The position numbers and the translations under genes were made by a program. From an uncultured Actinomycetota bacterium (GTDB lineage: Bacteria > Actinomycetota > Actinomycetes > CAVWCF01), in the NCBI GenBank assembly GCA_963753435.1, contig CAVWCF010000001.1, positions 544,001 to 608,000 on the forward strand: DNA of 64,000 nucleotides. The letters run 5' to 3'. The stretch's first letter is position 1, and every line of letters begins with the position of its first letter. The notes beneath the pieces are model-generated. The model was not told the origin of the DNA. It did not search any database and was given only the letters and a program-made list of their open reading frames with translations. Of this stretch, positions 58,806 through 64,000 are shown piece after piece.

Positions 58806-60215
58806 CTAGGAGTCGAAGCCGAGGCCGAGTCGGTCCAGGCCGCGCAGCCATACGTTGCGACGACCGCCATCCCGGTCAGCACGGTCCAACGACCAGCGGG
58901 TCAACTGCACTCCTGGGTAACGAATGGGTTCCGGCGGGAACGGCATCGGCAGCGTTCGCACCATTTCCAGTTGTGTCAACTCCGTCGCCTTGCCGGAGAC
59001 CAGGTCCAACGCCACTCGAGCGCCGAAGCGGCTGGCCCCGACACCCAGACCGGTGAACCCAGCCACATGTGCGAGGCGGCCGCCGTAGGCCCGGCCGAAG
59101 AACATGGAGAACCGCGAGCATGTGTCAATGGCTCCGCCCCAAGAGTGGGTGAAGTTGAGTCCGGCCAACTGCGGGAACGTCTCGAAGAACTGCTGGGCCA
59201 GCAAGTGGAAGGTCTCGGGCCGCTGATCGTGCACGGAGGAAACCCGACCGCCGAAGTTGTAGACCGCCTCGTAGCCGCCCCAGAGGATGCGGTCGTCCTC
59301 AGTGAGCCGGTAGTAGTGGAACTGGTTGGCCGAATCCGCCAGCCCCTGTCGGGACTCCCACCCGATCGCATCCTTCTGCTGGGTCGACAGCGGTTCGGTG
59401 ACGAGCACGTAGTCGTAGACAGGGATCACGAACGGACGGAAGCGCCGCACCGGGCTGCGGAAAGCGCTGGTCGCCGTGATCACCGAATCCGTAGCGACGT
59501 CACCACGGTCGGTGCGTACGACAAGTCGCGATCCTTCGCTGGCGATGGCGCGCACCGGGCTGCGTTCGAAGACCTCAACGCCGCTCTGCTGACACGCCTG
59601 CAGCAACCCCCAGGCCAACCGAGCCGGATTGACCATCACGACTCCGGTTCGGTCCCAAAGCCCGGCCAAGTACGTCGGCGAATGGACCTCTTTGCGGACT
59701 TGCTGGGTGTCCAGGAAGTCGACTTCAGACCCGTGCTGGCGCAGCAGTTGGGCGTGCTGCTCCAGATCGGCGACCTGCCAGGCCTCGGTGGCCACGGTCA
59801 ATTCCCCAGTGGCCTCCAAGCCGCAGTCGATGCCGTACCGCTCGACGGCGGTCACGATGCCGGCGAGGTTGTCCGCCCCCAACCGCTGCAGCGTGTCGAT
59901 CTCATCGGCGAAGCGCTCGACCCCGTTCGGGAGTCCGTGGGTGAGGCTGGCAGCCACGAAACCACCGTTGCGTCCGGTCGCCGCCCAGGCCACCCGAGCC
60001 CCCTCGAGCAGCACCACCCGTCGGGCCGGATCGGCCTCCTTGGCCTGCAGTGCCGCCCACAGCCCGGTGAAGCCACCGCCGACTACGACCAGATCGGCCT
60101 GATTGGCGCCGCGCAGGGGCGGCAGCACCGCCGGACGGTGCGGATCATCCAGCCAGAAGGGAACCGGGTTGGTGTCCCCAAGGGCGGAGGCCAGTTGCTG
60201 TTGATTCACACTCAC
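58806..60215 (-). CDS. FAD-dependent oxidoreductase (PuuB/DadA family, probable polyamine oxidation)
   Basis: VVGGGFTGLWAA, ATGRNGGF, NQFHYYRLT.D.RILWGG and G.GVGASRFG; GTGA overlap with the ABC permease. Confidence 0.9.
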   Translation of the reverse strand: MSVNQQQLASALGDTNPVPFWLDDPHRPAVLPPLRGANQADLVVVGGGFTGLWAALQAKEADPARRVVLLEGARVAWAATGRNGGFVAASLTHGLPNGVERFADEIDTLQRLGADNLAGIVTAVERYGIDCGLEATGELTVATEAWQVADLEQHAQLLRQHGSEVDFLDTQQVRKEVHSPTYLAGLWDRTGVVMVNPARLAWGLLQACQQSGVEVFERSPVRAIASEGSRLVVRTDRGDVATDSVITATSAFRSPVRRFRPFVIPVYDYVLVTEPLSTQQKDAIGWESRQGLADSANQFHYYRLTEDDRILWGGYEAVYNFGGRVSSVHDQRPETFHLLAQQFFETFPQLAGLNFTHSWGGAIDTCSRFSMFFGRAYGGRLAHVAGFTGLGVGASRFGARVALDLVSGKATELTQLEMVRTLPMPFPPEPIRYPGVQLTRWSLDRADRDGGRRNVWLRGLDRLGLGFDS

Positions 60216-61093
60216 CGCCCGCGGCTTCGCCGCCTGCTCACCACCTGACCCAGAACGACCAGCAAAAGGGCAACCCCGAACATCAGCGAACCAATGACGT
60301 TCACCTGAGGTGGGATGCCTCGCTGGGCAGCGCCCCATACGTACATGGGGAAGGTGACGGTCTGGCCGGAGTTGAAGTTCGTGATGATGAAGTCGTCGAA
60401 ACTCAGCGCGAACGCAAGTGCGGCGGCGGCGGCGATCCCGGGGAAGACCAGCGGCAGAGTGATCCGCCGGAAGGTTTGCCACTCGTTCGCGTAGAGATCC
60501 ATGGCGGCCTGTTCAAGTCGCGGGTCCAGACCCGCCAGGCGCGCCTTTACCGTGACGACGACGAAGCTGATGCAGAACATGATGTGCGCGATCAGGATCG
60601 TGCCGAAGCCGAGGTTGAAGTTCAGGTTCAGGAACAGCGCGAGCAGCGACGCACCGAGGACGACCTCCGGTGTGGCCATCGGCAGGAAGATCAGCAGGTT
60701 CGTCGACTCCCGGCCGCGGAACTTGTGCCGCACCAAGGCGAACGAGATGAGGGCGCCGAGGATCGTCGAGAACAGCATCGTGATGAACGCCAGGCGCAGA
60801 CTCACGCCGACCGCGTTACAGATCGTCGGGTCGCGACAGATGTTCAACCAGGCGTCGAAGGAGAACTGGTTCCAGGTGATGTTCTGCCGACCCGCCGGCT
60901 TGTTGAACGAGAACGCGATGACGTAGGCCACCGGAAGGAACATGTAGGCCAGCGCCAGCACCGAGTAGAAGGCCAGCAGGCGCCGCCGCAGCCATCGGGA
61001 CGCGCGGTACCAGGCCGAAGGCGGCGTCACCGGTAGATCCGGCGGCGGGGGTGCCGCTGACGTAGCCGAGCCGCTGAGCGTGGGAGTCGCCAT
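60212..61093 (-). CDS. Spermidine/putrescine ABC transporter permease (PotC-like)
   Basis: Six TM helices, LEQAAMDL.A loop and FALSFDDFIIT. Confidence 0.93.
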   Translation of the reverse strand: MATPTLSGSATSAAPPPPDLPVTPPSAWYRASRWLRRRLLAFYSVLALAYMFLPVAYVIAFSFNKPAGRQNITWNQFSFDAWLNICRDPTICNAVGVSLRLAFITMLFSTILGALISFALVRHKFRGRESTNLLIFLPMATPEVVLGASLLALFLNLNFNLGFGTILIAHIMFCISFVVVTVKARLAGLDPRLEQAAMDLYANEWQTFRRITLPLVFPGIAAAAALAFALSFDDFIITNFNSGQTVTFPMYVWGAAQRGIPPQVNVIGSLMFGVALLLVVLGQVVSRRRSRGR

Positions 61094-61995
61094 CAGACCA
61101 GGTCCTCCGTTCCAGCCCGGCGGATGTAGAGGAACACCAGAACCAGGATGGTGAACATCAGGATGAACGACAACGCCGAGGCCAACGGGTAGTTACGAAC
61201 GCTGACGAACTGCGCCTGGATGACGTTGCCGATCATCGTGGTGCGTGGACTGCCGAGCAGCGTGGACGAGATGTAGTCGCCCGCCGCCGGGATGAACGTG
61301 AGCAGCGTCCCGGCGATTACTCCCGGCATGGACAGCGGCAGCGTCACCTTGCGGAAGCCGGTGAAGGGCCGGGAGTAGAGGTCACCGGCCGCCTCGATGA
61401 GTCTTGGGTCGATCCGGTCCAGGGCCGCATACAGCGGCAGGATCATGAACGGCAGGAAGTTGTAGGTGATGCCAGTCACGACCGCGAGCCACGTGGACAA
61501 CACCGTGATGTCGGCCCCCGGCCAGAACGAGTTGAACGTGCTCAGGAACCAGCCCTCGTCAGCCAGAATCGACTTCCACGCGTTCGTACGGACCAGGAAC
61601 GACGTGAAGAACGGCGCAACAATCAGGATCAGCATCAGGTTCCGCCAGCGGCCTGCCCGGAACGCGATGAAGTAGGCCAACGGGTAGGAGATCAGCAGTG
61701 CGAGGACGGTCGCCGTCCCGGCGTACAAGAAGGAACGGGTGAACTGCGGCAGGTACGTCGTGATCGCATCGACGTAGTTGGAGACCTCGAATCCAGGGAC
61801 ATAGCCGGGACCATCGGGGTTGGGCGCCTGCAACGAGGTCGCGAACAGGGACAGCAACGGCACGGCGAAGAAGACGAACAGCCATGCCATGCCTGGCAAC
61901 AGCAGCAGGTAGGGAGTCCACCGGCGCCGGCCAACCGGCGTGGCCTCCGAACTGCCGGTTTGGACGAGGCCCGCGTCGGGCACCACGGCCGGCAT
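61093..61995 (-). CDS. Spermidine/putrescine ABC transporter permease (PotB-like)
   Basis: YPLAY, PFFTSFLVRT.AW, LPFMILPLY and LIEAAGDL loop. Confidence 0.93.
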   Translation of the reverse strand: MPAVVPDAGLVQTGSSEATPVGRRRWTPYLLLLPGMAWLFVFFAVPLLSLFATSLQAPNPDGPGYVPGFEVSNYVDAITTYLPQFTRSFLYAGTATVLALLISYPLAYFIAFRAGRWRNLMLILIVAPFFTSFLVRTNAWKSILADEGWFLSTFNSFWPGADITVLSTWLAVVTGITYNFLPFMILPLYAALDRIDPRLIEAAGDLYSRPFTGFRKVTLPLSMPGVIAGTLLTFIPAAGDYISSTLLGSPRTTMIGNVIQAQFVSVRNYPLASALSFILMFTILVLVFLYIRRAGTEDLV

Positions 61996-61998
61996 TGC

Positions 61999-63183
61999 TC
62001 AGCCCCCGACCGCGGTCTCGGCGATGCGACCTGTCGCGATCTCCACTACGTCGGAGTCCAGTCCCGCCTCGATTCCCTGCGATGCGTCCAGACCGAAGCT
62101 GTGGATCGGATCCCACACCAACTCAACCCGATCACCGCGACGAATCGGATCCTCCATGTGCAGGTTCTGTTCGAAGCACTGGTACTCCGCGCCCCAGTTC
62201 GCGCGGATCAGGAACTGCGTGCTCAGGCCGGTGAACGAGGCATCGGTGACCACCCCTTCGACTCGGTTCAAGCCCGACTCCCCACCCGCGTCGGAAAGCC
62301 GCCGGATTCGGGTCTTCTCCGGCCGAACACCGAGGACCACTTCGGGCCCATCCGTTGCCGAGCGCTGCTTGGGCAATGCCCACCGCTGCCCGAAGCCCTC
62401 AACCACCAAGTTGTCCGAGTCCGAGGTGACCACTGTCGCCGGAATGAGGTTGCTCTGGCCCAGGAAGTTGGCGACGAAGACCGTCGCCGGGCGGTCGTAG
62501 ATCTCCGCCGGCGCACCCATCTGCTCGATGCGGCCGTGGTTCATGACGGCGACGGTGTCGGCCATCGTCATGGCCTCTTCCTGGTCGTGCGTGACATGGA
62601 TGAAGGTGATCCCGACCTCCACCTGGATGCTCTTCAACTCGATCTGCATCTGCCTGCGCAGTTTGAGGTCCAGCGCGCCAAGCGGTTCGTCGAGCAGAAG
62701 CACATCGGGTTGGTTGATCAGGGCCCTGGCCAGCGCAACGCGCTGCTGCTGGCCTCCGGACAACTGTGCCGGCTTGCGCCGGGACATCTGTTCCAGTTCC
62801 ACGAGGGCCAACATCTGTTGGACCTGCTCGTCAACGTCCTTCTTGCCACGCCGACGCAGTCCGAATGCCACGTTCTCAAAGATGTCCATGTGCGGGAACA
62901 GCGCGTAAGACTGGAAGACCGTGTTCACCGGGCGCTCATAGGGGCGCTTCGTGGTCACGTCGTTCTCGCCGATCAGCACGGAGCCAGCTGTTGGCTCCTC
63001 CAACCCGGCGACCATTCGCAGCGTCGTGGTCTTGCCGCAACCGCTAGGTCCCAGAAGCGCGAAGAAGCTGCCCGCCGGAAAGGTGAGGTTGAGGTCATCG
63101 ACCGCCTTGGCCTCACCGAACTGCTTGGTGAGGTGAATCAGATGGAGGTCTTCGACCTCACGACGGATCTGGTCTTGCGTCAC
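61999..63183 (-). CDS. Spermidine/putrescine ABC transporter ATP-binding protein (PotA-like)
   Basis: GPSGCGKTT, VNTVFQSYALFPHM, LSGGQQQRVALARAL and LLLDEPLGALDLKLR; C-terminal TOBE region. Confidence 0.95.
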   Translation of the reverse strand: MTQDQIRREVEDLHLIHLTKQFGEAKAVDDLNLTFPAGSFFALLGPSGCGKTTTLRMVAGLEEPTAGSVLIGENDVTTKRPYERPVNTVFQSYALFPHMDIFENVAFGLRRRGKKDVDEQVQQMLALVELEQMSRRKPAQLSGGQQQRVALARALINQPDVLLLDEPLGALDLKLRRQMQIELKSIQVEVGITFIHVTHDQEEAMTMADTVAVMNHGRIEQMGAPAEIYDRPATVFVANFLGQSNLIPATVVTSDSDNLVVEGFGQRWALPKQRSATDGPEVVLGVRPEKTRIRRLSDAGGESGLNRVEGVVTDASFTGLSTQFLIRANWGAEYQCFEQNLHMEDPIRRGDRVELVWDPIHSFGLDASQGIEAGLDSDVVEIATGRIAETAVGG

Positions 63184-63197
63184 TTCGTCCTCCCGGC

Positions 63198-64000
63198 CTA
63201 GTTGCCGATCGCCTGCTGGAAAGCGGCCTGGTAGCGCTGTTCTTCTTCTTCGCTCAAGGACTTGAAGATCACTCCCCGCGACAACTGCTCGTCGTCGGGG
63301 AAGATCCACTCACTGTCAACCAGCTCCGGGTCCACCTGCTCCATGGCCTCTCTAGCGCCTTCGAACGGGCATAGGTACTGGACATACGCGGCCACCTCGG
63401 CAGCGATATCCGGCTGGGTGTACCAGTCGAGCAGCGCTTCCGCGTCGGCTTGATCGCCGGCCCCCTGCGGCACCATGGACGTGTCCGTCCACAGAGTCCC
63501 GCCAGACTCCGGCAGCGCAAACCCGTACTCTTCGCCCAGCGCGACCACATCGCCGGACCAGCCGATGACGGCCGCGATGTCACCGTTCTCCAACGAGTTC
63601 AGGTAGTCGTTGCCTTGAACCTGGCGGATCTGACCGTTGTCGATCTGCTTGACCAGTTCCGCGAGCGCCTGGTCAAACTCGTCGTCGCCGAAGTCGGTGG
63701 GGTCGTTGCCCTGCCACAACATGATTACGCCGATGGTGTCGCGCATCTCGGACACGACACCCACGCGGCCACGAAGCCCCGGGTCCCAAAGATCATCAAG
63801 CGTGCGCATCTCCGACTTGCCGGCGAGGTCGGCAAGGAGCGGAACGTTCCAACCCAGTCCCGCGAATCCGGACTGCCAGGGAACCGTGTAACTGCGGTCC
63901 GGGTCGTACTCGGGGCTCTTGAGCCGCTCGATGATCCGGGACGAACCAGGGATGTTGTCCTTGTTCAGCTTCTCGCTGTAGCCCAAGTTGATCCAGCGGG
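63198..64000 (-). CDS. Polyamine ABC transporter substrate-binding protein (PotD/PotF-like), 5' end outside the window
   Basis: DP.RSYTVPWQSG, EMRDT.G, GWSGD, PESGG.LW.D and AAYVQY..P. Confidence 0.92.
   Translation of the reverse strand, partial: RWINLGYSEKLNKDNIPGSSRIIERLKSPEYDPDRSYTVPWQSGFAGLGWNVPLLADLAGKSEMRTLDDLWDPGLRGRVGVVSEMRDTIGVIMLWQGNDPTDFGDDEFDQALAELVKQIDNGQIRQVQGNDYLNSLENGDIAAVIGWSGDVVALGEEYGFALPESGGTLWTDTSMVPQGAGDQADAEALLDWYTQPDIAAEVAAYVQYLCPFEGAREAMEQVDPELVDSEWIFPDDEQLSRGVIFKSLSEEEEQRYQAAFQQAIGN

Noticed and set aside
1-64000. tRNA/rRNA genes, CRISPR arrays, IS elements, prophage or defence systems
   Set aside because: No such signatures seen by eye. Intergenic gaps are short and nearly all coding space is explained by recognisable genes.

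Overview
High-GC actinomycete chromosomal segment, mostly a conserved housekeeping block on the minus strand: hflX-dapF-miaA-miaB, recX-recA, lhr, clgR-cinA-pgsA-rimO-rodZ-ftsK-rnj-dapA-thyX, dapB-M16 peptidase-pnp-rpsO, ribF-truB-rbfA-infB-nusA-rimP, proS and ispG-rseP-dxr. It ends in a polyamine/GABA utilisation cluster (aldehyde dehydrogenase, gabT, saccharopine-dehydrogenase-like protein, agmatinase-family ureohydrolase, mmsA, FAD oxidoreductase, Pot-type ABC transporter). I saw no tRNA/rRNA genes, CRISPR array, transposase, integrase or phage gene. Most notable observations: (i) an orphan [4Fe-4S]/FAD 4-hydroxybutyryl-CoA dehydratase that resembles the thaumarchaeal type, about 5 kb from gabT; (ii) three single-base +1 frameshifts confined to two accessory genes (a PAS-GGDEF signalling gene and a secreted SGNH protein); (iii) that SGNH protein is an internal tandem of a degenerate and an intact SGNH domain; (iv) a PI-PLC-like lipoprotein with eroded catalytic residues; (v) a dual LexA + PafBC-type recA promoter; (vi) short repeats at the clgR and ftsK promoters and a 15-bp promoter core shared by rimO and rimP. 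All calls come from reading the sequence and recalled family motifs; no database search was run. Start codons were adjusted by eye where the ORF track over-extends.
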